Shown: positions 25,218 through 32,000 of the stretch, piece after piece
Position numbering within the stretch: the first letter of the stretch is position 1
How the letters are laid out: every line of letters starts with the position of its first letter
NCBI RefSeq assembly: GCF_901827205.1
Contig: NZ_LR594675.1
Location: 3,173,915 to 3,205,914, forward strand
Direction: 5' to 3'
From: Variovorax sp. PBS-H4
Lineage (GTDB): Bacteria; Pseudomonadota; Gammaproteobacteria; Burkholderiales; Burkholderiaceae_C
DNA length: 32,000 bases
The notes under the pieces: model-generated
What the model was told of the DNA's origin: nothing
Database searches by the model: none
Seen by the model: the letters and a program-made list of their open reading frames with translations, nothing else
Position numbers and translations under genes: made by a program

Positions 25218-26707
25218 CCAGCACCGCTGCCACCACCGTAATCACCCTGCATTCGGCGGCCGAATATGCCGGCCTGCTTCGTGCCGTGCCCGAGGGCTCG
25301 ATCTACGTTGACGGGCGCTATGTCGGCGCGCATGACCGGCATCGTGTATTCGCAAAAGCAGACGGTGCATTCATCGCGGAGATCGGATATGCGTCAACCG
25401 GCGATGTGAATGCAGCAGTGGAAGCCGCCGATGCGGCGTTCCCGGCCTGGGCCGCGCGCGCTCCCTCCGACAGGTCGACCATGCTGTCGCGCCTGGCCGA
25501 CGCGCTGGAGAGGCGTTCGCATGAATTCGCCATGCTGGAGGCGCACCATGCCGGCAAGCTCATCACGGATGCCGAGCTCGAGATCCGCTCGGGCGTGCAG
25601 ACTTTGCGATGGTTCGCGAGCTGCGCCCTGCACATCGATGGACGCATGCCCGCGGGAACGCCTGCGCAGCTGCGCTACGTGCGGCGCGAGCCGCTGGGCG
25701 TCTGCAGCCTGATCCTGCCATGGAACTTCCCGTTGCTGCTCATGCTGTGGAAGCTTGGCCCCGCCTTGGCGGCCGGCAACACCGTCGTCGCCAAGCCGGC
25801 GAGCGAAACGCCGCTGACGGCGCTGGCGTTCGGGCTCCTGTGCGACGAGGCCGGCTTGCCGCACGGCGTCTACAACGTGGTGCCGGGCAGCGGACGCGAG
25901 GCCGGCATGGCGCTGGCGACACACGACAGGATTGCGAAGGTGTCCTTCACCGGCTCGACCTCGGTCGGCCTTCAGGTTGCGGCCGCAGCGGCGCGGACCG
26001 TCAAGCGCGTCACGCTCGAACTGGGCGGCAAGTCGCCGAACATCGTGTGCGACGACGCCGATCTGGACCGTGCCGCGGCCGGCATCGCCGGCATCTTCGG
26101 GCATGCCGGGCAAAAGTGCGCCGCGCGCACGCGCTGTTTCGTGCAGGAATCGGTGGCCGACCGGCTGGTTGAAAAGGTCGCCGCACGCGCGAGCGCGCTG
26201 CGCATCGGCGACCCGCTCGATCGAGCTGCCACGCTCGGTCCGGTCATCAACAGCGAGGCACAGGAAACGATCCTCGGCTACTGCCGCTCGGCTACGGAAG
26301 AGGGCGCGCGGCTGGTCTGCGGCGGCAAGGCGCCCGTCGGACGGCGCGGGCCCTACGTCGAGCCCACGGTCTTCGACCATGCACGCAACGACATGACCTT
26401 TGCGCGCGAAGAAATCTTCGGGCCGGTGCTGGCCGTGATTCGCATCAAGGACATCGACGAGGCGATCCTCCTCGCAAACGATTCCGTCTTCGGCCTCGCG
26501 GCTTCAGTGTGGACCGGTTCGTTGTCGAAGGCGCACACCATCGCGGCAAGGCTCGAAGCGGGCAGTGTCTCGGTCAACACGCCCGCGGTGATCGGCATTG
26601 AAACGCCGTTCGGCGGCTACAAGCAGAGCGGGCTCGGGCGCGAACTGGGCGTCGAGGGGCTGGATGCGTATCTGCAGCACAAGAGCGTGATCGTGGACCT
26701 CGGCTGA
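25214..26707 (+). CDS. NAD(P)-dependent aldehyde dehydrogenase
   Basis: 497 aa. The ATG overlaps the Bug stop as ATGA. It has ILPWNFP, FTGSTSVG, LELGGKSPNIV (catalytic Glu), GQKCAARTR (catalytic Cys) and EEIFGPV. Confidence 0.9.
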   Translation: MTSTAATTVITLHSAAEYAGLLRAVPEGSIYVDGRYVGAHDRHRVFAKADGAFIAEIGYASTGDVNAAVEAADAAFPAWAARAPSDRSTMLSRLADALERRSHEFAMLEAHHAGKLITDAELEIRSGVQTLRWFASCALHIDGRMPAGTPAQLRYVRREPLGVCSLILPWNFPLLLMLWKLGPALAAGNTVVAKPASETPLTALAFGLLCDEAGLPHGVYNVVPGSGREAGMALATHDRIAKVSFTGSTSVGLQVAAAAARTVKRVTLELGGKSPNIVCDDADLDRAAAGIAGIFGHAGQKCAARTRCFVQESVADRLVEKVAARASALRIGDPLDRAATLGPVINSEAQETILGYCRSATEEGARLVCGGKAPVGRRGPYVEPTVFDHARNDMTFAREEIFGPVLAVIRIKDIDEAILLANDSVFGLAASVWTGSLSKAHTIAARLEAGSVSVNTPAVIGIETPFGGYKQSGLGRELGVEGLDAYLQHKSVIVDLG

Positions 26708-26775
26708 CGCGAGAGAGGTCTCGGCAGCAGGCCGCGCCGAAAGTCGAAGCGCCGAACCTTCCAGCGCGGTCGCTT

Positions 26776-29499
26776 TCAGGCCACGAACTTGCAGAGCGAC
26801 GCGACGGTGCGCGTGTCCATGTTGCGGCCGCGGTTGAGGTGGTCGTCGATCTCGGCGGCACAGCCCAGCATGCGCGGGTAGAGGAAGATCGTGAACGCGG
26901 CCGTTTCGAGCTCGCGCTCGCCAATCTCCCCGGACTGCAGCGGCTTCCACAGCATCTTGAGCAGCAGCGCGGCGATCACCGCGTCCACGTTCACGCAATA
27001 GACGTTGCGCGACACGCCGGCATCGAAGAGCTGCCGCACCAGCGCACGGTAGAAATCGTGGAACACGTTGTGGTCGCCGCGCGCCTCGCGCAGCCTTGCG
27101 ATGAAGACCTCGCGCGGATCAAGATTGACCGGCTTGTCCTTGAAGACCGGGTGGTTCACGCCCGGCAACTTGGCGATGTCCAGGCTGCCCGCGCTCTTCT
27201 TCCGGGTCTTGTACTGCGCGTATCGGTCCACCGCCTTTGCGGCGAGGGCCTGGAGATCCACGCCGTGGTTCGGGGCGCCCGGGTCGTCGAGGCCGGTGCC
27301 CTTGAACTGCTCGATCAGGTAGGCGATCCCCTCGTAGCCATTGCCGCCGTGGGCATAGCCGGTGTGCGTGAGGAAACCGATCAGCGCCTTGTTGAGCTGC
27401 ACTCGCTCAGGCTGCTCGGGCCCGTCCGCCGACACCGCGCCCTTGGCGCCCTGGGCCGAAATCGCGCCGGGGCCGTTGGTCAGCAACAGGCCGACCAGGG
27501 TCTGGAAGGCGAACAGGTCGGCCTCGGCCGGCGTGCGGCCGAGGAGGGCGGCGAAGGCGACCTCGCCGAGGCTCGCGCTCTCCAGCAACTGCTGCTGCGC
27601 GATGCCGCAGAAGCGGCCTTCCTCATGCCGCGCGGCATCCGCCGAGGCGCCGATCAGCGTGCCGAAGAGCTGCAGCCACCAGGGGAAGTTCTGCGCCGTC
27701 AGCAGCGAGATGCGTTTGCGGGACAGCGGCCCCCAGGCCAGCGTGGCCGAGATCGCGGCCAGCACGGCCGCCTCGGTCGGGTGGCCGGCGAGGCTTTGCA
27801 GCCAGCGCAGGAACACCGAGCGCCCGCCGCGTGCCTGCACGCCGGCCAGCAGGGCCTGGGCACGGCCGTCGGGCGTGTCGCCGGTGAGCGTTGGCGCTCC
27901 GGTCATGTCGATCTGCCCGATATCGAAGCTGTCGCTGAGCGAGGCGCCGAATTCGTTGCCTAGCGCGGCGGCATGGAAGCGTTCGAGCATGAAGCCCAAC
28001 GCCTCGCGGGCCGCCTGCTGCCGCTTCGGCCCGACGATGGCGGCTGCTGCTGCCAGCACCGAGTTGGGCGCATTGCCGGCTTCGCGGCTGGCTTGCGCGG
28101 CCGCGAGTTCAGGGCGGCCGTGCAGGTTGACGTAGGCAGCGATCGCGGGCGCGATGAGTCGCCGGTCGTTGTCCCCGCCGGCATCGTGCAGCAGGGCGAG
28201 TGCCACGTTGGATTCCAGCGGGAGGGTGGCTGCGTCCAGCATGCTGGTGCCGTGCAGGCTGCTGACCTGCGTCTTCGCGTCCATCTGCGAGGCGCCCGAG
28301 GCGTCCTTCATCGCCTGGCGCGGCACCACGCCGCCGATCTGCGTGTTGAGCAGCGCCACCTGCTCGTCGTAGGGTGCGAGCGCCTGTACCACGGGCAGGC
28401 GCAGTTCCTGCGGAAGGTCGAGGCCCTCGTCGGAGCCGAACCACGGCTTGAGCGCCAGCGTGCCTTCGGGCGCGAAGTCCGGCAGGGTCGCGTTCGCGCG
28501 CATCACCGCGGTGAGCGCGGCCGGGATATGGGCGATGTTGGTGACCAGCGCACCCTTGGCTGAGAACACGGGGTTGTCGGGCGTGAAGATCGCGTCGACC
28601 CCGAACTTGTCCATGAACCAGCGTTCCTTGGCCAGCGCATCGTCCGAGCCGCCGGCCATTGCGCCGGCATGACCGACCGCCCGCGTGAGCTTGCTTTTCC
28701 AGCGCCCGACCACGCACGCGACCACCGGCTTGGTGAACTTCGCATCGAGCTCGTAGTAGCCGCCTGGTTCGCAGTAGAGCACCGCCGCCTTGCTGCGTGC
28801 ATCGTTGGCCAGCGCAAAGGCGAATTCGGGCGCGGCGTAGTGGATGTAGACGTCCTTGCCCGACGAGATCACCGTGGTCGTGCCCCAGCCCGCCATGCGC
28901 AGATACTGGGCAATGGTGGTGGAGAAGCCGCCCGAGTTGGAGAAGATCGCGATCGAGCCCGGCCGCAGCGAGTCGCCGGGCTTGTCGCCGCCCAGCGCAC
29001 CGCCGACGCGGACCTGGTTCCACGAGTCGGCCACGCCCAGGCCATTGGCGCCGAAGATGTCGATGCCGTTCTGCTGGCCCATGGCGCGGATCTCGCGTGC
29101 ATCGTGCACCGCGATCTTCTCGGTGATGATGAAGATCTTGCGCAGCTCCGGGTTCACGCGGATCAATTCGGCCACGCCGTCGCGCGCGGCCGATGGCGGC
29201 AGGTACACCACGCCGCAGTTGAAGCGGTGGCCCGCCGCCAGCCCGTCGCGCACGTTGTTGAAGACGGGAATCTCGCCGATGGGCGTCTCGAGCACCGCGC
29301 CGCCCTTGCCGGGCGCGGTGCCGAAGACGACGTTGCCGCCCGAGTAGGCATGGCTCACCGGCGTGACCTCGCTCGACTCGCCGCCCAGGATGTTGAGCAC
29401 GCAGACGCGGTCTTCGCGCGAGGCGACCTGCGTGAGCGAGCTGATGCCGACGTGGTACTTGAAGTCGCCCACGCCTGTCTTCTGCCAGCTGGATTGCAT
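26776..29499 (-). CDS. ATP-citrate-lyase alpha-subunit-like protein, expanded (SucD-like CoA-binding/phosphohistidine half plus two citrate-synthase/citryl-CoA-lyase-like modules)
   Basis: 907 aa from the ATG at 29499, with a GGAAGGAAG SD 17 nt after the upstream gene's stop. The N-half is SucD-like: GTAPGKGG, IITEKIAVHD, IFSNSGGFS, VGHAGAM (His277, nt 28669-28671). The C-terminal module carries YAHGG (His717), GVNHPVF (His783), DPR and VNVD (Asp839), and parallels the ACLY/AclA C-terminal domain. The 220-codon upstream extension in the ORF track overlaps the beta-like gene and is rejected. Confidence 0.85.
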   Translation of the reverse strand: MQSSWQKTGVGDFKYHVGISSLTQVASREDRVCVLNILGGESSEVTPVSHAYSGGNVVFGTAPGKGGAVLETPIGEIPVFNNVRDGLAAGHRFNCGVVYLPPSAARDGVAELIRVNPELRKIFIITEKIAVHDAREIRAMGQQNGIDIFGANGLGVADSWNQVRVGGALGGDKPGDSLRPGSIAIFSNSGGFSTTIAQYLRMAGWGTTTVISSGKDVYIHYAAPEFAFALANDARSKAAVLYCEPGGYYELDAKFTKPVVACVVGRWKSKLTRAVGHAGAMAGGSDDALAKERWFMDKFGVDAIFTPDNPVFSAKGALVTNIAHIPAALTAVMRANATLPDFAPEGTLALKPWFGSDEGLDLPQELRLPVVQALAPYDEQVALLNTQIGGVVPRQAMKDASGASQMDAKTQVSSLHGTSMLDAATLPLESNVALALLHDAGGDNDRRLIAPAIAAYVNLHGRPELAAAQASREAGNAPNSVLAAAAAIVGPKRQQAAREALGFMLERFHAAALGNEFGASLSDSFDIGQIDMTGAPTLTGDTPDGRAQALLAGVQARGGRSVFLRWLQSLAGHPTEAAVLAAISATLAWGPLSRKRISLLTAQNFPWWLQLFGTLIGASADAARHEEGRFCGIAQQQLLESASLGEVAFAALLGRTPAEADLFAFQTLVGLLLTNGPGAISAQGAKGAVSADGPEQPERVQLNKALIGFLTHTGYAHGGNGYEGIAYLIEQFKGTGLDDPGAPNHGVDLQALAAKAVDRYAQYKTRKKSAGSLDIAKLPGVNHPVFKDKPVNLDPREVFIARLREARGDHNVFHDFYRALVRQLFDAGVSRNVYCVNVDAVIAALLLKMLWKPLQSGEIGERELETAAFTIFLYPRMLGCAAEIDDHLNRGRNMDTRTVASLCKFVA

Positions 29500-29516
29500 G
29501 ATGTCTTCCTTCCCTT

Positions 29517-30803
29517 TCAAGCGGCCGCTGCGGCCTGGATGCCAAGGCGCGCCGCGACCTGCTCGCGGCCGCCGTCCTTCATCCACGCGTTGACCTTGCG
29601 GGCGAACTGGATCACCTCGCTCATGTCGGAGTCGAAGCCGAAGAGGCGGTAGGGCAGGCCCAGGGCATCGCAGGTGTCGCGCAGCGCGCCCATGCCGCGC
29701 ACCAGGTTCGGCCCGCCACGGCCCACCACCACGTAGAGAGGCGTTGGTCCATGCTGGCTGAAGTGCTCGCGCAGCGCGTCGGCCATCGCGCGCAGGGTCT
29801 CGAAGATGTCGGTGTTGTTGCTCTTGCCGCCGATGATGAAGAGCACGTTGGCCTGCTTGAGCCAGTGCCTGAAGCAGATGCGCGCCACCTCCTTCATCTT
29901 CTCGTAGGGCGGGTTGCCGCCGAAGTCGGAACTGATGATCGCGTCGTCGCCCAGCATCTCGGTCACCAGCGAGTTGGCGCCACCGCCGAAGGTAGGGGCG
30001 AGCACCGTGCCGTTCTCGTTGATCACGTACACGTCGCTCTGCCCCTGGTGCGTGCGCAGGGTGTTGATCTCTTGCTCGAAGTCCGAGTAGTCGGCCGCGA
30101 ACAGATGGGGCGGCAGACCCAGGCGCAGCCAGCGCGGGTCGTCGCGGTCGAAGCCGCACTTGAAGTCGCAGGCGACCGGCGTGAGCCGGCCCTTCTTGTC
30201 CTCGCGCATGCGGATCGGGTTGAGCTCCAGCGTGGTCATCCCGAAGTCATGGAACAGTTCCCACAGCTTGGGCAACTGCTGGACCAGCGGCGAGATGATC
30301 TCCTTCGGCGCGCCGATCTCGGTGAGCGCGTTCGCCACCACGAAGGCCTTCAGGCCGGTCAGGGGGTCGAAGGGCACCGTCGCGACCTGGGTCTTGTCCA
30401 GCTCCTCGATGTCCATGCCGCCCATGTGCGTGAGCGTCATGGTCGGCGCGCGGAAGCGGGTGGAGTCGCTGATGGAAAAGTAGACCTCGTGCTTGGCCGG
30501 CACGCCGGCCTCGAAGGTCACGCCGTTTGCCTTGGCCTTGACATGGCCGACCGTGTGCTCGGCGAAGTAGAGGCGTTCCTTTTCGGCGAGTGCGGTCTTC
30601 AGGTCGGTGGCCCGGCCCAGCAGGCCGGCCTTGCCCTTCTTGCCGATGCCGCCCTTGAAAACGGGCTTGACGAAGATGAGCCCGTACTTGTCGATCAGCG
30701 CCTTGATTTCCTCTTCGCTGGCCGCGGGGCCCAGCACCTCGGTGGCCGGAAAGCCCGCGAATTGCAGCAGGCGTGCGCCGTGCAACATGCCGGTGATCTG
30801 CAT
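29517..30803 (-). CDS. ATP-citrate-lyase beta-subunit-like protein (ATP-grasp, SucC-related)
   Basis: 428 aa with an AGGAGA SD. It has an ATP-grasp N-half (IFVKPVFKGGIGKKGKAGLL). Its C-half has the ACL-type pattern FGGGANSLVTE, FIIGGKSNNTDIFETL, VVVGRGGPNLVRGM and GLPYRLFG. These parallel the ACLY segments IIGGSIANFTNV, VRRGGPNYQEGL and GIPIHVFG. Confidence 0.85.
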   Translation of the reverse strand: MQITGMLHGARLLQFAGFPATEVLGPAASEEEIKALIDKYGLIFVKPVFKGGIGKKGKAGLLGRATDLKTALAEKERLYFAEHTVGHVKAKANGVTFEAGVPAKHEVYFSISDSTRFRAPTMTLTHMGGMDIEELDKTQVATVPFDPLTGLKAFVVANALTEIGAPKEIISPLVQQLPKLWELFHDFGMTTLELNPIRMREDKKGRLTPVACDFKCGFDRDDPRWLRLGLPPHLFAADYSDFEQEINTLRTHQGQSDVYVINENGTVLAPTFGGGANSLVTEMLGDDAIISSDFGGNPPYEKMKEVARICFRHWLKQANVLFIIGGKSNNTDIFETLRAMADALREHFSQHGPTPLYVVVGRGGPNLVRGMGALRDTCDALGLPYRLFGFDSDMSEVIQFARKVNAWMKDGGREQVAARLGIQAAAAA

Positions 30804-30953
30804 GGTCGATGTCTCCTGTAGTGCGCGAACTGCGCCGTGGGCGGCCCGCGTCTCGGGCGGCCTCGGAGAAATCGTAGGAATCGAAGCTGTCGATCCGCCG
30901 TCAGTGCGCTGAGGGTAAGTACGGGTAGCGAGACTGCCGGCCGCGGCCCGCTA

Positions 30954-31721
30954 CTAGTTCTTGTAGGTCGAGTCGATCCGGTCGAGCCTGCGGATCAACG
31001 CAGGCCAGACGAAGGCCCCGCCCAAGCCACCGGTCTGCACCTTCAGCGCCTGCCCCACGCCTTCGATGATGCGCGGATCGACATGGGTGAGTTCGCCGCC
31101 GCCTGCCTGTGCGGCGATCTGGATCTGGCAGGTGTTTTCGAAGGTGTACATCGACAGGAACGCGTCGGCGATGGTCTTGCCCACGGTCAGCAAGCCATGG
31201 TTGCGCAGCATCAGGAAGTTGGCTTCGCCCATGTCGGCCTGCAGCCGCGGCTTCTCGTCGTCGCGGAAGGCCACGCCCTCGTAGTCGTGGTAGGCCAGCG
31301 AGGCCAGCACGAAGGTGGATTGCTGGCTGATCGGCAGCACGCCGTCTTTTTGCGCGCTGACGGCGATGCCCGCACGCGTGTGGGTGTGCAGCACGCACTG
31401 GATGTCCGGCCGGGCCGCATGGATGGCGCTATGAATGACGAAGCCCGCGGGATTGACGGGGTAGGGCGAGGTGATCACCTTGCTGCAGTCCTGGTCCACC
31501 TTGACCAGGCTCGAGGCGGTGATCTCGTCGAACATCAGCCCGTAGGGATTGATCAGGAAATGGTGATCGGGCCCCGGCACGCGCGCACTGATGTGGGTGA
31601 AGACGAGGTCGCTCCAGCCGTGGAGGGCGACGAGCCGGTAGCAGGCCGCGAGGTCCACGCGCAATTGCCATTCCTCGGCGGAGACGAGCTTCTGGATTTC
31701 GGAATGCGTGGTGGTGTTCAT
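30954..31721 (-). CDS. Class II aldolase/adducin-family protein
   Basis: 255 aa. It has FTHISARVPG, the metal-binding cluster AIHAARPDIQCVLHTHT, and RNHGLLTVG, all typical of the class II (FucA/AraD/adducin-head) fold. It lies 150 nt upstream of the ACL-like pair on the same strand. Confidence 0.9.
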   Translation of the reverse strand: MNTTTHSEIQKLVSAEEWQLRVDLAACYRLVALHGWSDLVFTHISARVPGPDHHFLINPYGLMFDEITASSLVKVDQDCSKVITSPYPVNPAGFVIHSAIHAARPDIQCVLHTHTRAGIAVSAQKDGVLPISQQSTFVLASLAYHDYEGVAFRDDEKPRLQADMGEANFLMLRNHGLLTVGKTIADAFLSMYTFENTCQIQIAAQAGGGELTHVDPRIIEGVGQALKVQTGGLGGAFVWPALIRRLDRIDSTYKN

Positions 31722-31834
31722 GGCGATGCGCGGTCCTGCGCGTTGGATGGCCGAAGGTTGATTGTCAAGATACCGCGGCAGGTTTCAACGCGGGAAAACG
31801 CCGGGTCGACGCTCAAGGTGCGCAGGCGCGGGCG

Positions 31835-31921
31835 TCAGGGCATCTCCACCTTCGAGACGAGGATGTAGCCCGCGCCCTGGACCGTGCTCACCGGCGCCAT
31901 GTCAGCGCCAAGCAGAACGCG
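31835..31921 (-). pseudogene. Possible remnant of a winged-helix (OmpR/PhoB-type) regulator C-terminus
   Basis: The minus-strand reading RVLLGADMAPVSTVQGAGYILVSKVEMP-stop has about 89% GC3. It resembles the ...RxKLGxD...P..I.TVRGxGYxL tail of response regulators. It is preceded by an in-frame TGA (31922-31924). The upstream in-frame codons (LAHKEGPARPALERYVSQLGPVRGH) have low GC3. No ORF of 60 aa or more is listed here. Confidence 0.25.
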
Positions 31922-32000
31922 TCAATGTCCGCGTACGGGCCCCAGTTGTGAGACATAGCGCTCGAGCGCTGGCCGTGCCGGGCCCTCTTTGTGGGCCAGC

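Noticed and set aside
26708-26775. Direct 8-bp repeat GCGCCGAA ... GCGCCGAA between the convergent ALDH and ACL-alpha genes.
   Set aside because: It is too short to be meaningful and forms no hairpin.
29500-30159. 220-codon N-terminal extension of the ACL alpha-like ORF (track ORF 26776-30159).
   Set aside because: It overlaps the ACL beta-like gene out of frame and is Arg/Pro/Gly-rich noise. A strong SD and an ATG at 29499 give a SucD-like N-terminus.
30837-31868. 343-aa + strand ORF antisense to the class II aldolase gene.
   Set aside because: The minus-strand aldolase translation has clear family motifs. The + frame is low-complexity.
1-32000. Whole-window scan for CRISPR arrays, tRNA/rRNA genes, IS elements, integrases, phage genes and multi-gene defence systems.
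   Set aside because: I found no periodic repeat-spacer structure, no tRNA-like T-arm/acceptor pattern, no transposase or integrase motifs, and no nuclease/helicase/ATPase defence-type genes. Only the two TA loci described above were found.

Overview
High-GC (about two-thirds G+C by eye) chromosomal segment. It resembles a Burkholderiales/Comamonadaceae-type betaproteobacterium: three Bug/TctC-family periplasmic binding proteins, a beta-proteobacterial trimeric-porin gene and GC3-saturated codons. The taxon is inference only. I call 28 intact protein genes plus 2 decayed remnants. I saw no rRNA/tRNA, CRISPR array, transposase or integrase. Layout: (i) housekeeping left edge with the 3' part of alaS, a ketopantoate-reductase-family gene and dadA. 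(ii) An intact Xre/DUF2384-type antitoxin and RES toxin pair with an operator-like inverted repeat over its promoter. (iii) A 15.7-kb, 16-gene, single-strand catabolic supercluster of unassigned substrate: 2 Bug binding proteins, 2 SDRs, cupin, alpha/beta hydrolase, embedded IclR regulator, ThDP enzyme, aspartate-dehydrogenase homologue, aldehyde dehydrogenase, two-domain VOC/extradiol-type dioxygenase, FAD monooxygenase, 73-aa orphan protein, Rieske oxygenase with PDR/VanB-type reductase, and a porin. (iv) A decayed vapBC remnant. (v) A LysR / TauD-TfdA dioxygenase / Bug / aldehyde dehydrogenase module. (vi) On the minus strand, a class II aldolase gene followed by a two-gene ATP-citrate-lyase-like (AclB/AclA-like) pair. 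Its alpha subunit is about 300 aa longer than canonical and appears to carry an extra, catalytically degenerate copy of the citrate-synthase/citryl-CoA-lyase-like module. Item (vi) is my best candidate for undescribed biology and the orphan catabolic supercluster is second. Apart from the toxin-antitoxin modules I see no phage-defence-like system. All functional calls come from motif and family recognition by eye; no database search was possible.
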